From Chrysemys picta bellii (taxonomy: Eukaryota), in the NCBI RefSeq assembly GCF_011386835.1, contig NC_088798.1, positions 104,532,001 through 104,596,000 on the forward strand: a stretch of 64,000 bases of DNA. The letters are read 5' to 3'. The notes beneath the pieces are model-generated. The model had not been told where the DNA came from and did not search any database. It saw nothing but the letters and a program-made list of their open reading frames with translations. Below, piece after piece: positions 49,467 through 61,031 of this stretch. A program made the translations under genes and the position numbers. Position 1 is the first letter of the stretch; each line of letters starts with the position of its first letter.

Positions 49467-50421
49467 CTACAAGGAGGAAAACAGTACCACCAAATCCAGA
49501 TCCGCTGTCTGTCAGGACACAGGCCTGCAGCAAGCTTGAGCCTGCGACAGCATGGCAAGCATAGGGCGCCAAGCAAATGAAAGCAAACGGAAAGTTTCTT
49601 CTCTGCTCAATAATTTGCAGATTTTCTCTGCAAATCTTGTTGGTAAAAAAACTTGTGGGCCAGGAGGGGCAGAGGTATACTGTCAAAGATTTGTCAAGCT
49701 TTAATTCTTTACTTTAACCACCAGGCTGAACAACGACAATGTGCTGAACTCAGTTGTACTCTTGAAGGCAACTCAGTTATAGTTAGCGCAGAAGTGGGTA
49801 AGTGTGAGCATATTACAGACTAAAACACTTTGCACTGCCATCAGAAGTAGATGGAGAAAGTGGAATACAGATTCAAGTTCTGGATGGCATGGGAACTGGC
49901 TATCTAAGTCTACCCACCTCTAGGAATGACCATAATGGGCAAGGACAGCTGAGGTGCTCACTGACTTACTATATCTTAGCTGGAGACAGGATGCTAAAGG
50001 TGGAGGACCTGCTGCTGTGAGGCCTAAAGAACCTGACTTCTCAGACCTTCAAGGGACTGCTGCAGGCTCATCCTATTAGGCAAGAATTTGCTTCACCTGG
50101 AGCTAAATGAGAGGTTTTCATCTGATGGGTTGGGCTGATTGGTAGGAAGCTTATTGATGACACCCATACTGGGCAGCCATGTTAGTCTACACAGGGACTG
50201 TGTCTTAGCCAATACGTCGGAAAGTGCTATTTTTCAAACATGTTATGTGTCTGAGGGCCAAAGAAAGAAACCCTACGTTATTAAATTACAACGTTTATAA
50301 TGAAGCTCAGAACGATGTTAAAAATCAAACTGGGCTGGACTTCAGACACACTATTGGTATGTGAGTGGTTTCAAGTTGCTCTACAAGAGCTTTAACACTA
50401 GCAGAAACGGAAGAGACTTAC

Positions 50422-50442
50422 CACTACGTGTATTGTGTGTTG
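50422..50442 (-). CDS. DCTN4: DCTN4 21-nt alternative microexon (QHTIHVV)
   Basis: ctcttcacag|CAA CAC ACA ATA CAC GTA GTG|gtaagt, phase 0-0. Same heptapeptide as the recalled long DCTN4 isoform (AFS-QHTIHVV-DKY). Confidence 0.9.
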
Positions 50443-50749
50443 CTGTGAAGAGCCCCCCAAAAAGCAGCAGGTAGCAACGGAGACAAAAAATGCAGCCATA
50501 AGACGAGAGCAAATGCACAGAGCAGGCTGGTTATACAGTTAACCAAAAGATTGCAAGCATACAGAGACTTATTCTGCTAAATGAAGTAAGCTTCTCTCTA
50601 GTAGTTACAATAAATGTACTAATCAGGGCTGATAAATTGTTAAGCCCAACTTCAGTTAAGACTTTTAGCAGATAACCAATATGTGTCAATCCTGCATTAG
50701 GAGGAGAGTTGGCAAGTATCTGATGAATGGGCGTACAAAATCATATAGA

Positions 50750-50995
50750 GAAGTATTAACCCTGGTATCCTGGCTAAATTCCAACTCTGGCATTTGTGTT
50801 CTCTCTAATCTCCCCCTATATAGTTTCAAAATATAAAGAGATTCTTTCTATCCTTTAAAAAACACTGCTGTGTTACACAGGGGCAGAACTGCTGCAATGT
50901 CCTCACACAAGAAGCAGCTGCATTTCACTGCTAGCTGAGCTGATCCCTTCACACACCGTCTGTGCAGCAGATTTTGGAGATCCTTCAGGGATTAT
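50750..50995 (+). mobile_element. Ancient DeuSINE (AmnSINE1-like) remnant in DCTN4 intron 5
   Basis: gtattaaccctggtatcctggctaaattccaactc, gctgcatttca....gatccct and tttggagatccttcaggga match the recalled AmnSINE1 body and tail. Confidence 0.55.
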
Positions 50996-51102
50996 TAGAT
51001 GCAGGGGCTGGGAATTAGTGAAATTCTTGGAGGGAAGATTATTGATCCTACCTCTCCACCCCCTCCCCCCGAATAGGCCTGAGTGACTAAATATAGGTTC
51101 TT

Positions 51103-51301
51103 GGGGGGGAGGGATAGCTCAGTGGTTTGAGCATTGGCCTGCTAAACCCAGGGTTGAGAGTTCAATCCTTGAGGGGGCAAAAAAACAAAAACAAAAACAA
51201 ACAAAAAAACCAACCCCTGTCAGGGACAGTACTTGGTCCTGCTAGTGAAGGCAGGGGACTGGACTGGACTGGACAACCTTTCAAGGTCCCTTCCAGTTCT
51301 A
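51103..51301 (+). mobile_element. Tortoise PolIII/SINE with an expanded CAAAAA linker
   Basis: A box tagctcagtgg, B box gagttcaatcc, tail tcaaggtcccttccagttct. Confidence 0.9.
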
Positions 51302-51457
51302 ATTTTTTTTTTTTACTTCAAATCCTTCTTGACCAATTTCCTTCCTTTTTTCTGGCAGGCACTATTATCCATCTAATCTTCAAAACTGAGTCAGTAAAGC
51401 AGCCCTGCTCCTGTGCTCCACTGTTTCTACTCTAGGAGCATCACCGTCCCAGCTCAC

Positions 51458-51565
51458 CGAAAAGGCCAGTGGCATGTAGTTTCGGCGTCGCACCAACTTC
51501 TTACGGTCCCGCTCAATCTTCTCTTTCTGAGCCAGCTGCTGGTAATACTCAACCAGTTTGTTAAT
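51458..51565 (-). CDS. DCTN4: DCTN4 exon 5 ([36 protein letters not shown])
   Basis: tttccttcag|ATT acceptor, TCG|gtgagc donor, 108 nt. Confidence 0.96.
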
Positions 51566-52276
51566 CTGAAGGAAAAAAAGGATCAATTATTTGCTGTGTG
51601 AAACACTATGCCAGACAGGTCAATGGCATTCATCCATCTGTTGGGTTTCCCTTCCCATAAAGTATTTTCTACCATTGCCAAAACTGGTTTCATTTTGAAG
51701 GAAATACATTGAGGAAGCGTAGATGTCTCTCAGTCTTACCACACAACGGGCAACAGGAGCAGAAGTTTCATTGCTCCTCAACACCCTCTACCATGGCTCA
51801 TCCTGAGACCAATTCTATTGTAAAAATAACACATTACCCCACTTTCACTTCCCAGCTACCACAGTAATGGAGACGTTTTTCAGGCTATGGGGTGGAACAC
51901 ATGACACTCTCCCAAGTCATGGAGAATACTGCATGGCCAGTTGAGAACAATTTGGTGTTGAAGTACAATTGGAATCTCCTTCTCAGAGTCCAACTGTGTT
52001 TAATAGAGGATGAGGATAGTAAGATATATTATGTTGGGGACCAGGAGAGCTCCAGACCTAGAAGAGGGGATGACCAGGGAACAACTTCTGTTCACACAGC
52101 CAACAAGCGTTTTTTCAAACAGTTTGCACGTTAATAAAAATAAGTGTTCCTGCCAAGTTAGATCCCAACTTCCAATGTAGTTTCAATTCTTTGGAACTTA
52201 GTTTCTGTGTGTGGAACTTTCAGATGAAGTCCAAGAAAGCGAAGTCATGTCTGATCTATGCCATTAAATATTCATG

Positions 52277-52966
52277 TTTGCAGCGTCTTTGTAGCTGTTG
52301 GTCCCAGAACATTAGAGAAATAAGGTGGGTGAGGTAAAATCTTTTATTGGGCCAACTTCTCTTGGTAAAAGAGACAAGTGTTTGAGCTTACACAGATCAC
52401 TTCTTCAGGTCTGGGAAAGGTACAGCTAAATCCAAGGTGGCACAGATTGTTACTATAAGTAGTTAACACACATTGTAATAGACCCTTCAAGGTGAAGTGG
52501 CCCATTAACATCTCTGCAGTTGTAGGACTGAAAAGGGAAGTTAGAGGGTTACAGATTGTTGTAATAAGCCAAACATCTAGGGTCTTTATTAAGACCATGA
52601 TATTTAGTGTCTAGCAACATTATGAATTTAAGCTCCCAGGCTCATCTTCTGAAGGTGGTGTGTAGGTTTCCTTGAAGATGAGGACTAAGAAGTCAGCTAT
52701 GGAGCGATCACTTTGTGAAAAGTGTTCACCCACAGGTGATATGGTGTTTTTCGTCTTATTTTTCTGTGAGAGTTCATTCACGAGCATAGTGATTGTCTCG
52801 TTTCACCCACATTGTTGTTGCTGAGGCATTTAGTGCAGTAGAGGAGGGACACCATGTGTTGTGATAGGCATGTGTAGGACCCATGGATCTTGAAAGGGGT
52901 GTTGTGGGGAGGTATTGATCATCATAGCAGTGGAGATATGTCTACAGGTTTTGCATCTATGTTATG
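52277..52966 (-). mobile_element. Truncated Penelope-like retroelement with a GIY-YIG endonuclease remnant
   Basis: 13-bp TSD ttaaatattcatg at 52264-52276 and 52967-52979. Minus strand reads PHNTPFKIHGSYTCLSQHMVSLLYCTKCLSNNNVGETRQSLCS*MNS, a decayed GIY-YIG motif. Confidence 0.85.
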
Positions 52967-53321
52967 TTAAATATTCATGGCACTTTTCATAAGGGTATTG
53001 GTTTGGCCCTAACATTTCCCTCACCACATGCTTTGTGCCAGTTGGTGGCATTTCAACAGTGTTCTGCACAGAACTTTGGGATCTTTCAGGACAAGAGGCA
53101 CTATATAAAATATTACACCTGTGGTAGGATTTGGCAGTCTCCAAGGGGCTTTCCTTCTGCTGAATTCAGCCAAGACGCTGACCTTATGACTACATGTAAC
53201 CACAGTTGCTTTCTCAGGAATAACTGAGATACAAAATTCACTGATCCAAAAGTAAGACCAGCGCCTTTCTGTCCTATGCCACCCTCCTAAGGTTTAAGCT
53301 TTACCTGTCCCCTTCACTTAC

Positions 53322-53365
53322 CCTCTGGGTATGTGGATTCTCCGGCTCCTGCCAACCACCACTGG
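53322..53365 (-). CDS. DCTN4: DCTN4 exon 4 (SGGWQEPENPHTQR)
   Basis: ttgtttcag|CC acceptor, AGG|gtaagt donor, 44 nt. Confidence 0.95.
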
Positions 53366-55070
53366 CTGAAACAAAGCAAAAATATAACAGTCCTCAGAAG
53401 GAGAAGAGTCTCATGCTCAATACTCTGGGCAGCTAGAACAACTGTTCCTAAGACTCAACATCCATGTTTTCCATGACAAGGCTGTAGATGAGAAGTTGTA
53501 GGCAAAGTTTCCAATTTTGTCATGATAAATCTTGCCTGTTTGTTGTAATAAGATGCTTGTTTAACACTAAAATCCCACACTAGTGGCTGTCACCAACAGC
53601 AGCGCAGATCACGTGAAACGCTATGCTGAAATCTTGGAAAGATCCATGAGGTTCCTCTATTTGGAAGGCTATTCACATGAAGCTTCATGGAGAAGTAGCT
53701 TACTTGATCAGTTTTTATACAGCATTTTAAACTTGTAAAGAATCACATTATCTACAGCAAAGGGCCCAACTAGTGCTAGTTATGTAGTTGACAGGAGATG
53801 TAATTATTTCAGAAGTCATATTCTTTGGCAATCATAATGTCCTTCCAGATGAATTAAGGTAAACTAGTTTCCACCTCTACCCAAAGTATCCCCGAAGATG
53901 TCTCAGTGTGAACAAGAACTGTTGATGAAGTTTTTAAAACCATTCCATAAACGAGTCCCAGATTTGGATGCCACCTGCCAGTTTACATAAGGTCACTGAA
54001 TAATCATAAGCTGATCTTACTCTCTTCACAGCATAATTAAAATTGCCATTAGTCTAATCATACAGTATTCAAACAATTATTTACAGTACTTTAATCATGA
54101 AGTGAAACACCAGGAAATGAAATGATACAAAAGTAAGTAAAACCCATGCACTAGGAAGAGTGTGGTAATGATTTAGTTACATGACAGCCAAAGGAATACA
54201 ATATAAAATAGAGAGCTTAAATTCTGATTAGATGGCAAGACTAACAGATCCCAAAATAAATTTCCATTGCAGGACAAACTCAACATAGCCTATTCACCAC
54301 TTCGACATCCAATATTTTTAAATGCAACAAGCAAGTGTGTTAGGCAATTAACAAATAAACCACAGTGTCTCTGCCTTTCAGAGTTTGCAAGCGAAGGTCC
54401 CAATCCTGCACTCACTCTGAACTATAGCCACAGGGGTTCTGGGCAGGCACAGGGATCTGCTGGTGTCAAGTCAGCTACAGGATTGTGGCTTAACAGGCTA
54501 ATCTAACCAGTAAAACTGTGCAGGTTCTATAATACTATATTCCCTGCTAGGCAAGGGATTTAATATATAACATTGAAAAATGCCTTAAAAGGAAAACCTA
54601 AATTCAAATACTGAATCTAAAAAGGCTTCAAAATATTCATATTTTGACATCTTAATAGAAGTGCCAGTTTACAAAAGTGATGGAGTTATCAAAGTACATC
54701 ACACATCTGTGCTGTCAAGCTGATCTACTTAAGAATCTGAAATAATGGTAGTTTGTTATACAGAGAACAGTTCTGATTAAGGGTGAAAAAAAGAGTTCCT
54801 AGTTCAATTGGATCTTTTACACTACTGTAGAACAGGGTGAGAAGTACCACTAACTAACTAATCTTAACACTTCTCAATTCAGAGAGTTCCTAGGTGGCAA
54901 GATCACTTTTTACCAAGAGGATGGGGTATCCAGCTCAGACTCTGTGGGTAAGTTTTACTAGGGTAACATGCACAACAAACCTGGGAGCAATTTTTGTTAT
55001 TTAATATCGCAGAACAAATGTTCTCTTCCAACATTACTCACTGTCCTGTCTTGAATACTGAGTTACTTAC

Positions 55071-55249
55071 CAACAGACTTATCTGCCATGCCCACATCTC
55101 TGGAAGTCCAGCGGCAAAATCCACAGGCCAGATAATATGCTTTCTTCATTGTAGTCTTGGCTGGGTCATCAGGAAGTGGAGCAGGAATGCTTGTCGCCCT
55201 GGTGGAAAGTGTGTGCATGCAGCATGGGCAGTCAAAACAGTTAGCACAC
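55071..55249 (-). CDS. DCTN4: DCTN4 exon 3 ([19 protein letters not shown]...[22 protein letters not shown])
   Basis: ctttgacag|G acceptor, GTTG|gtaagt donor, 179 nt. Confidence 0.96.
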
Positions 55250-55813
55250 CTGTCAAAGACAAGGGAAAGTCATGAGATCGAAGGATCCTTGACAGAACCC
55301 TAGTGTTACATAAGAGTCTTAGAGAAATGTTCTTAAAGAACTAAAATGTGCCTTTCTGGTCTCACACAGCAGCTTTAGAAAACACTATGCTTATATAGAT
55401 TTAATAAGGGAAGGAACAGGATTTCATAAAGTCAGCCAAAGGGCGGACAGAATGAGTTGGTAACACTGAAAAACAGTACTAGGGATGTAAGTTCATTCCA
55501 AAGTTCATCTACAACACATAAACGTGACGGCAGATGAACACAATATTATTATAGTGCCAAAAATTATACATAGCCCTTCACAGTGAGACACATTCCCTGT
55601 CCACAAGGGATCACAATGTAAATAAGACAAAACTTAGGATAACAGTTCAGGGGGGAGACTGAGAAACTCAGGCATTATGGTGATGGGGCCGAACAGTACC
55701 TAGATGGGTCAGGGGATTATTAATGCTGGAGAAAAGATTGCTCAAAGTAAGGAGCTTTAAAAAGGAGAGATTTAAAGGAGGAGACATTGCAGTACAGAAG
55801 AAGCCAATCTTAC

Positions 55814-55884
55814 CTATTCTTCTTCAGCTTAGCTTCAGCTGATGGCATATTTTCTAGGCAACTGGGACAATAGTGAGAGTCCAC
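55814..55884 (-). CDS. DCTN4: DCTN4 exon 2 ([23 protein letters not shown])
   Basis: gttcaccag|GTG acceptor, ATAG|gtaaga donor, 71 nt. Confidence 0.96.
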
Positions 55885-56757
55885 CTGGTGAACAACAGAC
55901 AAAGAAGTCACTTCATCTCTCATGATGCGTGTATTTCTGGCCAGGACAGCAGCAGCAGCAGCTGAAACACTTTGCTGCATGATTTCAAATGTTTTATGGA
56001 CCATAACAGCAATGTGAAGTCAGTGAAGATGTAAGACAGATGTCTGATGTTTGAAATTTTTCAGCCTGGCTTGGCAAGGAGTTTCTCTTTAGTATCTTAC
56101 CACAGAAGAGGGTCTTGTCAAGAAGGATTAAATGCTACTACCTAGGAAACAGGCTAAGTTTAACTGGGCCCTGATATGTTAAAGATTACAAGAGCCTCAA
56201 GATGATAGCCATCAGTTTCTGAACTTGAATAATTAAGTCAATAGAGGACTCTTGCCTTTCCTCATTTTCCAACTATATGACTACTCTATTTCCATATATG
56301 ATCACCATGTGTCTAACTTTATTTTGTCTTAACAACTGCATGGGTCAGCAATTAAAAGTCTGGAAAGTGTTGTATAGTTATCTTGTATCTTAGAGAACAT
56401 ATCAATGGGAATATCATATTTCCTTATACATCCTTTTATTGACAGAGCTGAAATTAACAACTGGTAATTGTAATCTGTGAAACTGCTTCAGGTTTTGGAC
56501 CTGCCAATACAGATTTTTCCTGTCTTAATATGTGATAACTAGGCCAGTCACTGCAGTGAAACAGCATGAGAGATGCAGCCAACTTACTAACCCTTTTACA
56601 TTGTTAAAAAATGCTGAAACATTTGACCAAACAGATGCTTTACTTACATTAGATTATTTCATCTCCACTTTAAGTGCTTTACGAGTCTTTAGATACTTCA
56701 GAATGCAACCAAGCCAGTAGCCTGACTCCAGGAATTTTGGCAGAATATCATTTTAAG

Positions 56758-56911
56758 CAGCAAAGAGTCCTGTGGCACCTTATAGACTAACAAACGTATT
56801 GGAGCATGAGCTTTCGTGGATGAATACCCACTTCGTCGGATGCATCCGTCTGTTAGTCTATAAGGTGCCACAGGACTTTTACAGATCCAGACTAACACGT
56901 CTATCCCTCTG
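56758..56911. mobile_element. 154-bp palindromic Penelope-derived mini-element with a hammerhead-like core
   Basis: 13-bp TSD atatcattttaag at 56745-56757 and 56912-56924. 31-bp inverted arms 56766-56796 / 56847-56877 with one mismatch. Confidence 0.88.
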
Positions 56912-58139
56912 ATATCATTTTAAGATTATTTTTCCAACTTTTGGTTAGGATGTGTCAACATATAACCATTTTTTCGAAAAAGTTGTAATTTGCATATAGA
57001 AAACAATATTTCCCTCACATTTTAAGCCTTTAGTATTTTATGTTTCATAAAACACAATCAGAGCAGTTTTCTTATGACCTTGTTGCTAAAGCCACCTCCG
57101 AATATAATTGTCAAGAAGTTGCAGTGCTCAAATCAGCAACCTTGGGATTGATACCTCACTAATTAAAATAACTAGTGCAAACTATTAAACACCTCTCTTG
57201 TGTTTTGTTTGATAGAAACATGGTGATCAGGATAGATTTTCAAGTGTCAGCGGTCTCTGGACAGAGGGTAACCCATTTATCCATAACCTCAGTTGATCAC
57301 TATCTAGATTTTAAGTGTGAAAAGGCCTTGATTTTGAATGAACCTTTTCATTGCTGAAAAACAAATTCCTGCCTGCAAAAATCTACTTTGATTTCAAATA
57401 CAGGGGAAAATGGATAGTCCAGATGAAAACAATTTTTTTTTTACCTCGGAACCCTGAATCTGGACTCAGAGCAAGTCCCAGAGGCCAATGCAAGCTTATT
57501 TGTGACAGACAATACCTGCCATTATCTCCTGAAAAAGGACACTACTCTACCGCGCTTTGCATTCAGTGCTTTGTCTGGGGAGAGGTTTATACCTGACAAC
57601 TCCCACCACCCCTCTGAGAGCTTGGGGAGCATCACACCTCCTGCCAGCTTGACAGCGAGGGAAAGCAGCCAAGCGCAGGCCTCGCCCATGGCCATGGAGT
57701 GAGTCTGTGGCAGTCAGGAGCTCCAGACTCCCAGGCTAGAGCTCCTCTGTCTACACCACAGTGGGTCCCTGTGCTGTGCCTACAATGCCAGCAGCCATCC
57801 CGGGGTTATCCCTGGCCTCAGGGGCAATATCAGGCAACCAAGAGAAGGGCCAGACCCTGCTAGCGGAGGGGAGCAGGAGACCTTCTAGCCAGCTCAGGCC
57901 ATGGGTCCTTGGCCAATAATGGGAGGTGGGGGGGACTCTGCCCAGGCCACTGGAGTGAGGGGACTTGTTTGGGGCTGATCCCCTCACAGATCGAGACGGG
58001 GGAGGGGACCCAACCCCCATGAGGCCAGGTGGGCCCCCCCCAGGTAGCGCCTGCCTAGGACATGGGGGAGCCCCTGCCAAGCCAGGCCACCTCCCTATAG
58101 TCCAGACGGGCCTGAGTAGCTCCCACCCCCTCATGAATG

Positions 58140-58940
<801 letters not shown>

Positions 58941-58941
58941 G

Positions 58942-59741
58942 TAGGGTTACCATACGTCCGGATTTTCCCAGACATGTCCGGCTTTTGGGGCCTCAAATCC
59001 CCGTCCAGGAGGAAATTCCCAAAAGCCGGACATGTCCGGGAAAATAGGGAGGGAGGGACTGGCGGTGCTCGGCCGGGGGCTGGCGCCGCTGGGGCCGGCG
59101 GTGCTCGGCCAGAACCAGGGCCAGTGCCCTAGGCAGGGCCGGCTCTGGCTTTTTTGCCGCCCTAGGCAAAAAAGCCACCTGCCGCCCTCTCCCCAGCGCG
59201 GCAGGGAAGGGCGCCGAGCCTGGCCACGGGCTGCAATCCCCGACCGGCCGGAGCGCCGGGGGGAGGGCGGCGAGCCTGCTGCGGCTCTGCTCTCCCCGGC
59301 GGCCAGAGCGCCGCGGGGAGGGTGGCGAGCCCAGTCGCGGCCCCGCTCTCGGGCCGGAGCGCCCCGCCGTGCCGCCCCCCTCCAGGCGCCGCCCCAAGCA
59401 CATGCTTGGTGGGCTGGTGCCTGGAGCCGGCCCTGACCCCAGGGCCCGAGCCGGGCGGGAGACGCCGGGGCCAGAGCCTCTTGGCCTGAGTCAGCCAGCC
59501 GCCGGAGGGAGCCGCTCAGCCAGGGGGGCCGGACTGGCCCAGCCCCAGCTTACCTGCTGCCTCTCTGTTTCAGGCTTCCCGTGAACATTTGATTCGCGGG
59601 AAGCAGGGGAGCGGGAGCAGCAGGGGGGGTGGAGCGTTCAGGGGAGGGGGCAGAGTTGGGGCGGGGAAAGGGCGGAGTTGGGGTAGGGGCGGGGCCCCAT
59701 GGAGTGTCCTCCTTTTTTTAAATTAAAATATGGTAACCCTA
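58942..59741. mobile_element. 800-bp GC-rich hAT (Tip100-like) MITE upstream of DCTN4
   Basis: 13-bp perfect TIR tagggttaccata / tatggtaacccta, flanked by the direct repeat gtttcag (58935-58941, 59742-59748). Confidence 0.88.
59134..59435. mobile_element. Nested hAT (MER45-like CAGGGCCGG end) MITE, 302 bp
   Basis: 12-bp perfect TIR cagggccggctc / gagccggccctg. Flanks gccctagg / accccagg, 6/8 match. Confidence 0.8.
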
Positions 59742-60189
59742 GTTTCAGGGGATTAACAGCTGAGATGTATGAGCCCGTTCCTGCCTGCTCTTTGGCTCCG
59801 CCCTGTTCTGTTCCTCACCTGGACTCTCCCATTTGTGTTATCGTAGCGCCCAGCAGCCCCGGGCAGAGAGCAGGACTCCATTGTGCTAGGCACTGTACAA
59901 ACTCAGAACAGAAAGATGATCCTGGCCTTAAAGAACATATGTTCTTAATGGTAAGTGGGTGGCCATGACAGACAGACAGGAAACGCAAGGAGACAATAAG
60001 ACAAAAGTGTCCAACCATGGAACACAATGATGCATAGGTGCCGATTTCCCTGCTTTCCCCTGGGAGCTCGACCCCCCCCTCTGCCCCCGGCCCTCCCCCA
60101 CTCCACCCCTTCCCCCATTCCAACCCCTTCCCCAAAGTCCCTGCCCTCTCCCTGCCCCTATTCCAACCCAGGGATCAGAATTCACTTGC

Positions 60190-60487
60190 AATATTGCCAG
60201 CATCAGTCATTCAAAAATCTGAGTCAGGCCTCAAAAATTGTGAGATTGGCTTTAAAAATAATGAGATGTTTTTAAAACTGAGTTCTTTTTATTTGCCTTT
60301 TACTTTCTGAGCCTGGCTACACATTTTCAAGTTTTTCTGTGCAACCATAATTGCTAGAAACTTACTTTTTTTTTTTTTAATGAAAACTGAGATCCTCATG
60401 CAGTCTTGTCATTCTAGGAGCTGGGGCTTTAAGAAATACAGCAAAATACGAGACTTGCAGTAAAATTGTGACAGTTGGCAACTCTGC
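60190..60487. mobile_element. Degenerate hAT-like MITE
   Basis: Right end gttggcaactctg; decayed left end aatattgccagc; AT-rich interior. A truncated cataggtgccga-type end starts at 60033. Confidence 0.4.
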
Positions 60488-60932
60488 ACTCGATTCTCAA
60501 TGTAAAAAAATAGAGTTTTTGGTTACATATGCTGTTCTTCATGTCCAAGGTGCCACATACTATATTGCTCAGACAATACGTCCTTCGACTTCCAAGACTG
60601 TTGGCTTTGGCTCACAGTATCTGAAATTGCTTTATGAAGTTAGATATTGGGAGCAGAGTGACTTACATCAATGCATCAGCCCTTAAGCTCTCCGTAGTGA
60701 AGCTGACATGCACAGCCGGGAAGGAGATGTAGACTGGGATGCTGGGTTCCCCCATTACGTTTTGTAAAAAGCCTGCCGCCGAGGTACAACAGAAATCAAT
60801 AACTGAAGTTTATGTGGAACCTAAGCAAAGACAATAAGACGCATGGGTGCCCATCTCCTAGGCAGCAGCGGTCTATCAAATGCTCTTCTTTGGGCTATGT
60901 TAACAGAGTTAAAAGTGGTGGTGCACCCAATG

Positions 60933-61031
60933 AGGAAATAAACTACACTTAGGAAATAAACTACAGGAAATAAACTACAGTAACTGACAAAATCATCTGA
61001 GGAAATAAACTACAGTAACTGACAAAATCAT
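60933..61031 (+). repeat. Local microduplication: 4 copies of AGGAAATAAACTACA and a 32-bp exact duplicate
   Basis: 15-mer at 60933, 60951, 60965 and 61000. aggaaataaactacagtaactgacaaaatcat at 60965-60996 and 61000-61031. Confidence 0.85.

Noticed and set aside
51103-51175. tRNA-like sequence with A and B boxes (also at 28350-28426 and 37470-37542)
   Set aside because: These are SINE heads fused to a CR1-derived tail, not tRNA genes.
60933-61031. CRISPR-like repeat array
   Set aside because: No unique spacers of regular length, vertebrate context and no cas genes; a simple microduplication.
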